Shown here: positions 24,451 to 38,689 of the stretch, in pieces | Layout of the letters: every line of letters starts with the position of its first letter | Numbering within the stretch: the first letter of the stretch is position 1 | Source of the DNA: Camelus ferus | Taxonomy: Eukaryota | NCBI RefSeq assembly: GCF_009834535.1 | Contig: NC_045697.1 | Location: 24,430,001-24,494,000 of the forward strand | Length of the DNA: 64,000 nt | Reading direction: 5' to 3' | The notes under the pieces: model-generated | Databases searched by the model: none | Told to the model about the DNA's origin: nothing | What the model saw: only the letters and a program-made list of their open reading frames with translations | Program-made: the position numbers and the translations under genes

Positions 24451-27400
24451 TTTAGGCAGTTGTGTAAATATTGTTATACCCATGAAAATGTAAGCTACAT
24501 GACTGAAGAATATTTGTCAGTAATGTTTACTATTGTACCCTTAGTGCCTAGGAGAACTTAGGACAAATAGGAAGAATTGAATAAAAATGTGTTTAATTAA
24601 CATTTTAATCAGATTTCTTCCTATCTTAGAGTCATTAAGAAATATTTCAACTAATAAATAATGATTATTCAGAGGTTATGTTTAAATACCTTGTGATAGT
24701 AAGTCTTCCACCCTCTGTTGATAGATGTGTGAATGGGTTGTGGAATGCTTTCAAATTTAAGGTAGTTTTCATGTTTACCCTAACTTTTTTTTTCTGCTGG
24801 GCCCCTTCTTCTGTTCTCTGCACATGCACACAGCTTCCTTATATTAGCCAAAATAATATGTAGACTGCTTGACTGTTTGGGTCCTCTGTTGTACTGTGCC
24901 TGTGCACACAGTCATCCACTCAGTAATGTGTAGGGAGATTATCGAGTCACTCTGTTACTGCTTCATTTATAAGATGTCTCTTTTATTTATTCATGCTTTC
25001 CTATTTTAGTGGTCCATTGCTCCTCCCAACTAGGATACAACTAGCTGATCTGGTGGACTTCTTTCTTTGCTCTCTACTGAAATTGTTACTCTGACTGACA
25101 TCATTCCTGGGTATGATTATTTGTTTTCTGGTCCAAATCAAGCAGGTACCCTTCATGAGTAGAGTGGTTGGCTTCCATGGTCTGTTGCCCTTCTAGAACT
25201 GCTGTGTTGACTAAGCTGGGAGTAATGAGAGCAGAATGTTAAAGAATCGCACAGATGCCCACTGTTTGTTCAGTCATTTTGCATATTTAAATGCTCCTCA
25301 GTTGGTGGTACTCATTTGGTTAATACCCAAATGCTTGCAACATGTTGTTTTGTTTTGCTTTGTTTCTGAGATTTTTTCCCCCCAGTTTATAATTGTTTTT
25401 TTAGGGAGAGTTTTTATAGTCTGTATAATGTTTCTAATTTTTTTTCTACCATACCAAAAGTTCCTCTCTGCTTGTGACATTGTTAAAACTTAATTTTATC
25501 TGGGAGTTACTAAGCCACATTAGTGAAATAAATTGTACTCTAAGCATACAATACTATATCAGAATGCTAATTTCTAAAAGAGAATTTTTTTTCCTCACCC
25601 AAAATTCTGTAAGAGGGAAGCTTATGTATCTCTTACTGGGGATGTGATTTATCTGTGTTTACAATGGTTTACAATGGCTTTCTTTATCTTACCTTATGCT
25701 AATCTCCCCAGCCCTCATATTTTTATGACTTCATTGCCATCTAATATCAACCTTTGCATATAATTCCCTTCTGCCTGTAATATTTTTTCCTTAAGATATC
25801 TTCTTGATATTTTTCTACCATCTAATCCTAGCTCCAATGTCATTGTTTCAATAAAGCTTATCTAATCACCTACTGTATTGTCACATGTCTCTGATAACTT
25901 ATTTCTTGTTCATGGGTAAGTATTAATACCCATGCCTTTTTTTAGCACAAGCTCAATATCTCATTGTATCCATTTCTCTGGATCATAGATTCTCTTTAAC
26001 TTTGGAAACCTGGAGATTTATCACTGACTTGTAAGGATAGTCACATTTCTTTTTAATATATTTTGTTATACTTCACTACCATTTCTGTGTTGTGAGTCAT
26101 ATTTCTAGAGCACAAATTTCATAATATAGTTTTTTGCTTTGCCTAAAGCATGAGATACATCATAAACAACATTTTTAAGCTTTTCCTGGGAATTAGCTAT
26201 AAAATTTTACATTTCAAGAAAGGAAGTAAAGAAATCAGTTAATGGAAGATATTTATTCCATCAAGTATTACACTCAAGTGACAAAACACTTTGGGTTATA
26301 TTGGGATTAAAACTAGTGGCTGCCAATCAACTATCAATGAACAGTTTACATAATTACAGTCTCTGGGTTACTATTCACAAGCTAAACATTTAAATCTAGG
26401 CATTACTATATGTTATTTTAAGAAGACAAAATTATGATGACTTATTCTACACAAAAAAATCAGTCTGAAAATTGGTCATGATGAAAAGAAGCAATAGAAA
26501 GAACAAAGCTAACTTGTTTTTGGGTAATACTGAGCACCTATGGAATACTTTATATAATTATGGTTGGAATATTTTTAAAGTACAGTAACAAAAATAACTC
26601 AATAAAAGCAACATTTTTTTTTTTTAACTTGTTAGGAAGTAGTCCCAAAGAAATCAAACTAAAATGATCAGAATCCTTAGGAAAGAAATAAAAAGCCTCA
26701 GAGGAAAAAAACAAATCAGTCTGTAAAACCATTAAGATGCTTCACTGCCAAGTGAAGCAACTTTGAGTTTACTAATCTCAATGCCTAGTTTAAGGAATAC
26801 AACTTGATGCTTGATAGGTTATAATTGGGTGAAAAGGATGGTAAGTTAAAAGAGCTGGGGCAATTTCATAGACTTCTTGGTATAGTTTAAGGATAAAAGA
26901 CATTAAACACCCATTTTTAGTTACTATATCAAAATAGTCATTAAGGAAAATATTATCCTACTTTCAGAACTTAGAAATTCAGGAATGCAATAACTTTGAA
27001 ATCTATCTAGCCTATCAGTCTAATTATTTTTAATTAATTAATTCATTTTTTGGTCCAATTATTAACAGGATAGTCCCAAGCTGTATGGTTTATAATGATG
27101 GTTCATTACAGCATCACTGAAATTTTAATATATGTACATATGATACTGCAATATTTGAGCATTTATTTGTTGTGGCTATAGCCCCACAGAAAGAAATACT
27201 CTATGTCATAGGCAGTTTTACAGAATAGAAATGTATCTATGAAAGACATGAAATCTTAATTCTTGGGAAACAAAGGTGTAGCCGAGAGCTAGGGGATCTC
27301 TTTGTTTGAAATTCCTTGATTTATAGGTCCTGGAATTGGCTTATTTTAGGATATCAACTTTTAAAGGGGGAATCTAAGGACTATCACAAGGATAAATGAT

Positions 27401-29269
27401 TACAAAGATAAGCAGATCATGAGAACTAGAAATTTACTATTTTTCAGTCATATTACTTGACTCTATTTTTGTCTGATTCTGAATAACTGATTTAAACCAA
27501 AGGCCTATCTGAGAGATAACATGGCTTTGCCTCCAGCCATGAGAGTGTGATATTAGCATGCAAGAAAAGGGTAAGGTTATTAGCACAGTGCTGGGCAGAG
27601 GCCACCCACCTGAGAGTGTTTTTAGAGAAAATGTTTCAACTAATACTCCATTTAATTGCCAGCTGAGGAACTATTGAAGATATAGTATTTTCCTGTTTTC
27701 TTTGGTTGATATACTTGATGCATGCCACTTGTATTTTAGATCAAAGATGGAGATTGAAGCATTATCATTGTACTTACTTTCCAAAGAAGTATCAGTGAGA
27801 AATATTAATCCTAGGTGTTAAAAGTATAATTCTGCCACTTTGAAAGTTATGTATGTATTCATATAATCCTCTAAAAATCAGGGAGAAGAAATAATAAATG
27901 GAGTTTTCAGATAAAAATGCCTCCCACTATTATGGGCATGGAAGTATAGCACTGGTTTTTCTTGGCATGTTAATGAAGGTATTATGAATTGTTGATATAT
28001 ACTTTATTCTTGAAAATTGCTAGCTTTTATAATTAAAATACTCTGATAATAGGGTTTCAGACTGGCATCATATTAAACATAAAACAATACAAAAATGAAC
28101 ATAATGTAAAGCATCATTAAATTACCACTCTCTAAAGTTAGCTAATGGAACCCTAAGACATATTCCTTTAATTAAAATACTAAATAGAACAACACCCTGT
28201 GCACCTTAATATAATCAACAAATTTTTGTGGGAAATGAGGTCTGCTCATCTGGTTTTGCACTCTATACTGAAAAAATAAAGTAAGATACTTTTAATCAAA
28301 ATGTACATGTATTATTCTATTTACTAAAATAATTTAGAAATGCAAAAATACATATACCACGTATCAGTGTATATTTCCTTTTGCATAATCCGGCCAATTT
28401 GGTGTGTATTATAAAAGAAAAAAATAGCTTAAATATTCTTGATGGATCATCAATCCAAAGTAGCAAAAGTAGCCTTGACCCTCCTGTCCTAATAAAAACA
28501 ATGTTGCAAAACACTCAAAGAGACAGTGATCTGACGCATTACTACTCTGTGTCCTATTGTTTCCTACCAGACCCAGGATGAGTTTGATCAAGTTTCTGTG
28601 CTTGCCATTCAATACCTTATAAAACGTGGCACAGAGACCCTGTGATGATGATCTCTTCATGGGGTTCTCAAATTCCAGATTTCAATCATCTTTTCCTAGG
28701 GAGAGCTAAACTAAGGAAGCTTTGCTTGTTCTGTATTCACCCAAACCCTAACCTGGAAGTAGATAAAAATTAAGTTATTCATGCAGTTTTCACCAAATAG
28801 AATACATTGCTTCAGGTTTGAATTAGGTAGAATGGAGTTTGGATTAGAATGGTTACATAATTTCTTTTGATAAAGCTTATCCCTGGAATTTGGTCTGCAC
28901 TAGTTGCTAAAGTAGGAAGAATCCAATAGAACCATTAAACAGATAATAGTTTTATTTACTGTCAGTGAATTATGAGTCAAAAATTAGAAACAAATTACCA
29001 AAAGTATACCTACATGTTGAAAAATCTTAGTTATGCAAACTTTAAACTTTGGAATAGATCATATAGGGTAAGCAAAAGAGTAATGCCAATTATAATCATC
29101 ATGGAAAATAATAAGAAATATATATTTACAAAACGCTGATGACCTTATCTATAGATTTTTCTGAATCTTAATTTTCAGAGGCTTCTAGTTCCTTTCTTAC
29201 TAAGTGTCAGAGTAAAAAGTTAATTTTAATTAAGAAAAGAAAGTCCTAAACAGAGATATTAACGTAAGA

Positions 29270-29470
29270 AGGAGACCATGAGTTTTGAAATCTTTCATTC
29301 TCAGTTTAGTTACTTAAGAGCAGTGATCTTGGTAAAGTCCTTTATGTTCCATTTTCCTCTTTCATTATTTGCAATAACAACAATAATACTCACTGTTCAG
29401 AGTTGTAAATATTGGAGAAAATATACATTAGATTTTTGCGCATTGCTTTAAGTGTGTATCCCCAATTGAT
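29270..29470 (+). mobile_element. MIR SINE (degraded)
   Basis: gttacttaagagcagtgatcttggtaaagtcctttatgttccattttcctc...aataatactcac...cagagttgt. Confidence 0.5.
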
Positions 29471-31384
29471 GACAGTGTTTTCAGTACAAGTTAAAAAGAA
29501 TGTTGATAAATATGTAAATCCTAAAACACATTTTTAAACCACCAGTGACTGTAGCAGTTTTTTCAAACGCTATACCCCTGAATACCTAACCAATCATTTT
29601 ATTTTATTCTTTTCTTCTGAAAAAATACCTTTACCATTTCTTTGAAATTCTATTGAACTATTATTGTTAATTTTAATTTACTCATTACTTCCTTAAATTT
29701 TAAACTCCATACAATGACTTTCATGTACATCTTTTTCTAAAATAACTACTTAAAAGTCTCTTGGGCACAATAGGTATTTAACAATTATTTGTTAATTTCA
29801 ACGATACTATATTTATAATGTTTTCATGGTGTATTTTTTAGGCATTCAGTGATAATTTTGGCAGAGAAATAAATACTTGTTAAATTCATAACTTTTGATT
29901 ATTAGACTTTGGGTGATTTTGCTGAGTCTGAAAATATGAATTGTAAAAAAAAAAAATGGAAATGAATACCAACCACCTCACATCTACGGGAGAAAATAAA
30001 AGCATAAATGGATCAAAATAAAATGTAAGCTAGTTTTATTGTGTCCTCAAACTGAATTGATGACAGTAATTTTATATTACATAATAACTATCTTCTATTA
30101 ATGCACAATAACATGTTTAGCACAAACATCATATGCTAGTGTATTTTTCTTCCTTCTTTCTATAACTTGGCTGCAAGGCTTTATATTTCACATAACCACA
30201 GGGAATGGTTTTCTTTCATTTTAGATCTCTGAAATAGAGCAAATATATATTTTCTGAGAACATTAAAGAGTTTTCATTAGGATGCAGAAATTTCTACTTT
30301 CTTGAAAATATTCAAAATAAAAATTTTTAATCAATTACCACGTATTTGTGATTTAATTGCTTTCCAAATAAGATACTTCTTCATGATAAGCTTGTTATAT
30401 ATTTTCTGTGTTTTACAAAATCACGTTTTTTATGGTGCATATTTATGGGTAAATGAGATCTAAATATTGGGAACGTTTTGTTGTTATTGTTGTTGAAGTT
30501 CAGTTTAACTGGCTAAATAATGCATGCCAGGGTAAAATAAATAAAATACAATATATATATATTAAGCCATTAATTGATTTAACAGTAATATGAACTAGTT
30601 TACAAATAATACGAGCTATTTATAAGTTGTTAAACTCATGAGGAGACACTATCTGGATTTGTATGGTATAGGTATGCAATTTATTATATATTCCACATCC
30701 CAGCTTACGCTGATTTCAGTTGCCCTTCTCCCTCAATTTTTCTCACTCACTTTTATGACATAAATTTTCTCTAAATCTTATCTAAATTTCTATCTCTTAT
30801 TCTTCTATAATCTACACATAATTTTTCAAGTCTTATCCATGTTCTTTTATTTAAGGACTTTAAAAATACCTCCCCAAAACAATGTTAATACATAGTTAAT
30901 ATAAAATACCCCCAATTCTCAAGCCAATAACTCCTTATTACTTCTTTTTTTTCTGCTAATGCTTTCACAATTGTCCTAATTTCTGCTCAGATGACATCTA
31001 GTCAATTATCAAGCTGAGTTAATTCTGCAATTTATTTACTCCTTTGTTCATGCCGCAAGAATGTATTGTTCCTACTGAAGTAAGATGTGTGCAAATGGCT
31101 GATAACATTCTCAATACATTGTTGATAATATAATAACACTTTCTTTCCATTTTGTTGGGTGTGAGTGCTCTCAGATTATGTGGTAGGGATCTAGCATTCC
31201 TTGGACAGCCTCCAGAACACTCAGTAACGTTACAAAAGGAAGTCTCTGTTGACAGGTCAGTACAGCAGAATCTGCTCTTTCCTGGTGCCCCAAGCTTGTA
31301 CCAGCTTCCATTTGTCTTGTTCCAGAATGTTTGAGCCTGCCTAACCCTTAAGCTTTGATACAGTAGCTCTAGTATACCAGTGAG

Positions 31385-31440
31385 TAGTGTGATGATACGA
31401 TTTATTGTCCATGTAGAGATACTATTGACTATGAAAGCAG
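31385..31440 (+). mobile_element. Possible MER81-like hAT MITE fragment
   Basis: tagtgtgatgatacgatttattgtccatgtagagatactattgactatgaaag resembles the recalled MER81 5' end. No second terminal inverted repeat seen. Confidence 0.3.
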
Positions 31441-32600
31441 TAAAAACACTTAAAATGTGTAATTTTTGAATGTTTGCTTCTTAAATGGCAAATTGGTTTT
31501 AGTATATTGGAAAACCTAAATATAATTATATTCTAAAATAAATTTTTGAAAACATTTCTAAAAGTAAAACCATATACACAAACATTAAATAAAAATCTTC
31601 TTTATATTGATTTCTCAACATTAACATAAGAAGAAAAAGTTCTGATATATATATGTATCTATTCCTAATATTTAGTCACTAATAGTTTTCTCAAGAATAT
31701 ATATTTCAATGTGGTGCAGAATATAAAGTTATCAAACTAAAAACAGGAAATCCATCAGAAGATTGTTTCTATAAATTAAGGTACTTAAAAAACATGTAAT
31801 GGCTCAAAATTAAAGACTGTATACATTTTGATTCATATCATTATTTAATTTGTTTATATCCTCCCTTATTTGCAAAGATAGGTTTCTAAGTGTATTTTGC
31901 ATGAGTTATTTTAAATCATTCCAATTATTTGAGAAATTCAAAACTGGGTTGTTGTTGTTATTTCATTCATTATTGCTATGATTAACAATTCCCAAATACT
32001 TTGGAAATGTAATCTCAGTTTATAAGGCTTATTTGCATAAATCTTTTATTTTATAGAAGAGCATGTTTGTTGATTTGCTAAGTAGTTCCTCAAAGGCCAA
32101 ACATTTTTAATTGATAAATAGTCAATAGTAAAATTGCTAATTGCCATTCTGAATAGTTTTTTTTTTGTTTTCTATATCAGATTTTTATACTATATATAAT
32201 ATTTATATACTATATATAACTTATTTTGTGAGTGTTTAAAAACATTTGTAAAATTTGACAGCTGTGGATTTTAATTCAGTATTATATTTTCACATCAAAA
32301 CCAACTTCAAGTACATTCTTGTTCCATCAATACTTAATTTAGTAAGAATATTATTTTACTGTGATACCATGCTTCAAATTTATATTCATAGTAATTTGCA
32401 AAACCAAGTAATTTTAATTTCAATGTTGACCTGTGTTATCCAAAGAATGTTACCAAAACATCTGGCCACATTATCAAATGAGAAGTTATTGTATATTTAT
32501 TACATTTATAAAATGACAAACCTCTGCAGTAGAAATAGACAATGTTCTATAAAATATAGGAATTGATTGACCTCAATTTCAACATAATTTTTCTAGATAG

Positions 32601-33056
32601 TGTCTACTGAAAAAAAATGCACACCATGAAAGCTATGAGTTCAGTTTTATTGGGCACTTACTGAGAACTATAGGCCAGGAGACAGCCTCTCAAGTAGCTA
32701 TGAGGAACTGCTCCAAAGAGGTAAAGGGGGAGGTCAGTATAGATATGCTTTTGGTAGAAGGGGACACGAAATAAAGCACACATCTTGGTAGAAGGTTACT
32801 GATAGTCATGAGGAGCAGATGTCTCTGTTAATTAGTTTAGATAAAATTTCACTGCTTTTCTAGGTATGAGAAGATGCAAGAAATTGATCTCACTATCTGA
32901 AGGCCTATTCTGTCAGTTTTCTCCAGAGCACAGAGTGTGCCTCATTCCTGATCTCTGCCCTGAACAACTTTCAGGGTGTGTTAAATGTCAGTGACTGCAG
33001 TGGCTAGTGGCTTCATCCTTGTAGAACCAGACAGTGGGTGACAATTTTAGCTGTCA
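32601..33056 (-). mobile_element. ERV1-type solo LTR, MER41-like (cetartiodactyl)
   Basis: tgtctactgaaaaaaaatgcac ... ggagacagcctctca ... ctgctccaaagaggtaa ... ttttagctgtca. tttatt lies near the left end. Near-TSD atag/acag. Confidence 0.75.
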
Positions 33057-33293
33057 ACAGCTAAAACAGCTCCTACCTTATCATTTCTAGAAGTTGCTTA
33101 ATTTAGATATTACGTTCTTCAGAACATAACTCTTGATCATAAGTTCCCATATTTTCTCTTTTCTAACCAACTTTTCCCCTATAATCCCTGATTTCAAACC
33201 AAACTAAAATTTTCTTATTTATCCTTTGAAAAAAGTGAGCCCTTTTATTGTCCTCCTTCTTTATCTCATCAACTCATTTCCAACATTAATTCA

Positions 33294-33646
33294 TATTATG
33301 GACTGAATGCTCCCAACATTCATATATTAAATCCTAATACCAAATTTGATATTTGAAGGTGGGGTATTTAGGAGGTAATTAATCTTGTGGGTGGAGGCCT
33401 CATGAATGGGATTAGTGCCCTTGTAAAGAGGCCCTAGAGATCTCCTTCACCTTTTGCACCATCTGACAACACAGCAATAACACAGTTGTCTATGAACCAG
33501 TAGTGGGACACCATCAGACAACATATATCTGCTGACGCCTTAATCTGGGACTCCCCAGCCTCCAGACTGTGAACAATAAATTAGTGTTGTTTATAAACTA
33601 CCCAGTCTACGGCATTCTGTTATAGCAGCCTACACAGACTAAGACA
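33294..33646 (+). mobile_element. MLT1A-like MaLR solo LTR
   Basis: ttatggactgaatg ... cctcatgaatgggattagtgcccttgtaaagagg ... cagcctccagactgtgaacaataaa ... gactaagaca. Confidence 0.9.
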
Positions 33647-33999
33647 CCATATTTTCTCTACTATCATTTCTCTGCAAAAAAGCATGAACCTGAATTCAAC
33701 ACAAAAATTTCTAGCTTTTGCCCTAATCTTTGTAGTTCAACTCCCATACATCTCTCAGAACATATATCCATGTTCAACTTATCTTGAAAATTAGTGTGGT
33801 GAGAAACGACACATTACTTCCCTCTACACATTAAAATTCTATCCATGTTTACAGCTATGTTTCCTTGCTTAGAATTCAGTGGAAGCAGAACTCCTCCTCT
33901 TACTAATGGTCTGTTACATATTTATTCTCTGACTCTATTGGCTTCTATTTCCTCAAATAATTTATTTATCTTCTATCTTATCTTTTCTTCTTGGTTAGA

Positions 34000-36300
34000 C
34001 AAGACATTAACAGAAATAATAACAAGTTATAATAAATAATTTCATCAACTCTATATTTCTCAATATCTAGCTCTTACCCATATCAGCCTTCCTTCTGGAA
34101 CTGAGCTTCCAAAATGAGTATATTTTCTTGCTCATCTCCCACTTACCTTTCCCAGTGCTTCCCTGAATCTAACTGGCATTATTCAACAATGGCATATTAT
34201 TAACCAACATATTTTTAGTCATTATTCAGCATATATAGCCAGGGACACTGTTGACCTTTCCCAACTTCTTAAATTTTTCTATTTCTTTGGGTGGCTTCAT
34301 TCTCTTTGATGACTCATTATTAACTGCTGTTGCAAAATATTTATTTGCATTTCCAGTGGTGAAGATTCTGAGAATTTCAAAAGACCCTGAATGATTAAGT
34401 AGGATAAAGGATTAAAACTGTTCATTGGGTTTGTTATAAGGGTAATGTTGATATCTTGACAGCTGCCTATTCACTAGTGGTAAGTAGAAATCATATTGAA
34501 ACCATTCAAAGGGGAAATGCAAAATTAAAATATGTGGATCATTTCAAGAAATAGACTATTAATTGGAGGAGATCAATAGGACTGTTGATAATGGGTATTT
34601 AGGGTCAAAGGAAGTTTGTTCATACACATATATATGTACATATATATAATTCAGTTGTAAACCTATTGTTTTATAATTGTATCACTTTGGAACGCTTAAA
34701 TTCCTAAAAGAAGAAATGAGCTAATTGATTCTAATGAAAACTGAGCTAATGAGATTCTTATCTAGAAGGCCATGGATAATCTTAAACTTCCTACTTTCCT
34801 TTGCTATATCTTTTGCCTTTTGGTTTTTAATGACAGTCAATGGCTCAAATCTTGCTACATTCTAATACACTTAGTGCCTTAGTATCTAAAATACAAAACT
34901 AACCAACTCATAAAACTTGGCATTAAGTCCTCATTGACTTTGGAATAAAATACAAATTCCTCAGCATGACATAAGGTGTCCTTCATTAATGAACCCTTTA
35001 CTAACACTTCAGACCTACATTTTTACCACCTTGCCTTCACACATGCCTTCTGAAATCTATCTGTAGATGACCATGTATGCTGAGCTTCAGAAACATTGAT
35101 ACAAGATTTTTATTCTGCCTGAACGTCTTTCTTTCCCTCTTCACCAGTTTAGTTCATGTTTTTAGAATTCAGATCATTCATTTATTCGCTAAGTATTTGT
35201 CATGAATATATGAAGCACCATAATAAGTGCTGGTGACACAACAAATAAATAAATGTTTTATATATATAATATTTACTACACAATATTACTTATATTATTT
35301 ATATTTATTTTCTATTGATTAAATAGATGTTGACTTTCCTAGAATATCCACAATAAGAAGGGATATATCCCTTCTTATAATATTGACTTAAAGAGTCAAC
35401 ATTTATTAAACCAATAATTAGAAAATAAATACAAAAATACAGCATTTTAAAATCAGATAACATTATAGAATACCACAGAAGTGTATAGCAAAATGCCTTA
35501 GCAATTTGGGAAAGTTCAAAACAGTAATCTAGGAATCAAAATCATATTTAATATGAAACTTGATGACTGAGAAGCAAATTCAAAATGGAAAGGTTTTAGA
35601 AAAAGCACTACAAGAGAATCTAGATATTTCAAAGATGAAACGAGACCTTTGAGCATTAGAGAAATGTTCAGAGGCTGAGTGCCTCAAAAAATTAATCAGG
35701 AGGAAGGGTAGCATGAATTTAGACTAAAGATATAAACAAGGGCATAATTATGCAAGAGTTTATAAGCCATGATAAAAAGTAAAATAAGGTTGTTCTTTAA
35801 GATCAGAGGAAAATTTTCTATATGCTTTTAAGCAAATGTGTGACATGATCAGGTATAAATTCTTAAAACATAATTTGAGATGTTGCCTGGAGAACAGACA
35901 TGCAGGAGTGAATGTAGGGAGACTGATTAGGAGGTTATTACAGGCTTCAGATAAGAAATGATGATGAGTTAACCAGGATGTTGGGAGTGAAGATGGAAAA
36001 AAGAGGCTGCCTCAATATTTTAGTAGAGCTTTACATTTTATTTGATAGTGGAGATAAGGGAGAGGAAATCAGATATTATTTCCTCCAGGATGTTTACCTC
36101 TAATCTAGGTTAGTGCCCATTTATATGCATTCTAGGCTTACCTCAGTCTTAGAAGTGGCCAAATTTTATTGTCAGTATACATTTATCTTTCTTCTTCTAA
36201 GCATATAAACTATTGAGGGCAAAAATGTATCCTTCTTTTACCTCTGTATTTTCAGTGTCAAATACAATGGTTAACTATTTTTTATTGGATTAAGTGTAAG
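34000..36300. mobile_element. Cluster of decayed L2 fragments in both orientations
   Basis: ggaataaaatacaaattcctcagcatgacataagg; cattcatttattcgctaagtatttg; ttttaagcaaatgtgtgacatgatcagg; ggagactgattaggaggttattaca. Confidence 0.6.
35302..35431. repeat. Imperfect inverted repeat with a perfect 26-bp central palindrome
   Basis: ataagaagggatatatcccttcttat (35353-35378) is its own reverse complement. Outer arms 35302-35335 and 35394-35431 pair with a few mismatches and one short gap. Confidence 0.9.
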
Positions 36301-37441
36301 CAATTTTGGAGGGAGAAAGACATTTTAGAAATTCCAGGTAACTGTTGACTTTCTGAGTGCTTCTAAAACTCATCTTTTCCCTTGCTCTGACTGTTTCCCA
36401 GAACATGTCTGTGTGTGCATATATAGGAAATGAAAACTTATGATTTTATATATTCACATGAATATCTGAAGTTAAATTGACTCAGGAAATCTGGGCCTTT
36501 GAAAGCTCATATCTGAAGAAGATTTGGCTCAAATAGTAGTAATGATATGGTTATCTAGTATCTTTAGATAACAAAGATCATGGTAAATTGGAAGCAGCAC
36601 TATATTTATAATCAGTAAAACTTGGTCTCATCCTGACAAGTTGTGAGGTATGGAATAAATAAAGGGATTGCTGACATTTACATAGAAAATTGTCCCTTTC
36701 TTTGTACTTTTCCATACATATGCAAGTGTTCTGCCTCTCTCATTACCTCTCCTATGCTGTTCCTATGGCTCCATTCCACAGAGAGTTGCTAGCACCTCCC
36801 AGACATAAATAAGAGAATCAATTTCCATAAATGATACAGCCCGAGGAGTAAATTGGAAGACTTGGAAAGCAGCCAGTTCTCTAGGTTTACAGTGATGCTT
36901 CCTGCATTGCAAATCTGCTGTGCTGGGGGCATGTGAAGACAGGAAACAGCAGGCCCCTTAGTCATCTGCAGACTGCAGGGCTGTGGTGAGTCCTCCACAG
37001 GCAGGATGGCTGGAGGGTGTGCTTTCAAAGGCCCTGATGTACTCCTGACCATATGGTAGAGCTGTGGAGTGCTGGGAAACAGCACAGAGCTACCTGTTGT
37101 GCCCCAGTTAGAAACCCTGTAACTTCTGCATTATCTAAAAGGCCCAGGATAAACAGTACTAGGCCAAGGGGGAGAAAAAAAAAAAAACCAAAAACAGTTG
37201 TTATTGTTACTAGTTATTTTACTAATTACTAGTTACATTGACTATAATTTCTCATTTGTTTTTATTTTCTTAGGTTAACCCTTCCTATGTTGACGTCTAC
37301 AGACTAAAGAATGGTCCCTTATGTCATCAGTATATTGAACAAGTTGTCTATCTACCAAATGCAATAAAGCAGCAGTTTATAAGAAAGAAATACCATTGCA
37401 AGTATCTAGTAGAGATGCAATATGTTTAACACATTAGAATT

Positions 37442-38245
37442 TGTCTTAATCAGTTTGGGCTGCTATGCCAAAATATCATAGAAGGGGTGGCTTACAAACA
37501 ACAAAAATACATTCTTCGTGGCTCTGGAGGCTGGGAAGTCCAAGCACAAGGTACTGGAAGGTTCAGTGTCTGATGACAGTCCACTTTCTGGTACACGGAG
37601 AGTTTTCTTTTTGCTGTAAACTCACATGGCAAAGGGATGAGGTTCTCTCTGAAGCTTCTTTTATAAGAACAGTAAACCTGTTACTGAGTCCAAAATGATG
37701 AACTAGTGTCCCCAAAAGTTAAATTTAAGCCTCTTATATGAAAAGTAGAGGGGGTGTGGCTGGTTGTTGCAGACTCCTTGGTGCCAGCTAGACCTCGGAG
37801 GTGATAATCCTTTGTTCCTGCAGCTATTCCTGTATGTCTGGTCAGGATGTTCTTGTAAACCTCCAATGAGACAAATGTTGTTCTCTGTTCTGCAACTTTT
37901 TATCTCTACACGAGTGAAAAAGCATTATACCTTTAAAGTTCAAGCCTGAGAGGCAGACCTTGAGAATGGGCTATCATGTATATTTCCAACTATAGGCAAT
38001 ATTCTCTTACAAAGGTGCAGAGGCAACATGATTAAGCACAGGGAACAGCATAAAAGTTAGAGCTGAAACTTAATCTGACCCAGGATGGAGTCAGGTTAGT
38101 TCTTCTCTGGTACAGTCCCATTCATGAAGGCTCCACCCTTGACCTAATCACCTCCCAAAGGCTCCACTTCCAAATACCATCACTTTGGGGGTTAGGATTT
38201 CAACATAAGAATTTTGAAGGGACACAGATATTCACTCTTTAGCAG
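37442..38245 (-). mobile_element. MLT1A-like MaLR LTR split by a nested ERV1 LTR
   Basis: tgtcttaatcagtttgggctgctat ... tctggaggctgggaagtccaag (37442-37678) resumes at cccattcatgaagggctccaccctt ... attcactctttagca (38115-38245). Confidence 0.9.
37679..38114 (-). mobile_element. ERV1-type solo LTR nested in MLT1A
   Basis: TG...CA termini. It ends gatggagtcaggttagttcttctctggtaca, like 22781-22811. The flanks aacc/gtcc each differ by one base from atcc. Confidence 0.8.
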
Positions 38246-38689
38246 AATTTATATACTATTAATGACTTAAAATGATAAATGTAGGGAAAGACTATTTACA
38301 ATTTTTTATTCTGGTATTTTAAAACTTTTTTTGTTTTACCTTAATTCTCCCTGCAACCTAATTAACTTGTCCATCAGCAAGAACTGAGGTTTGCCTTGGA
38401 GTAATGATAAAGAGGAATTCAAACTGTTTAAAAATAATACTTGAGTTTATATTATCACAAAGGCTAAGTTTAACTACATCTGACTTAACTTCAGGGCTCA
38501 TTCAAGAACTCTGGTTGATGGTACATCATAGTACTTCTTTAAGTAGGAACCCTGTAATGATATTTCTGCAAGGAAATTTTAAATTCATCAAACACACATC
38601 CAAGGAAAGCAATACATCTTTATTTAGACATATCTTTTTAAAATGTATCTGATTAGATCAATGTTAGGACTTGATTTCTTACTCTCTCA

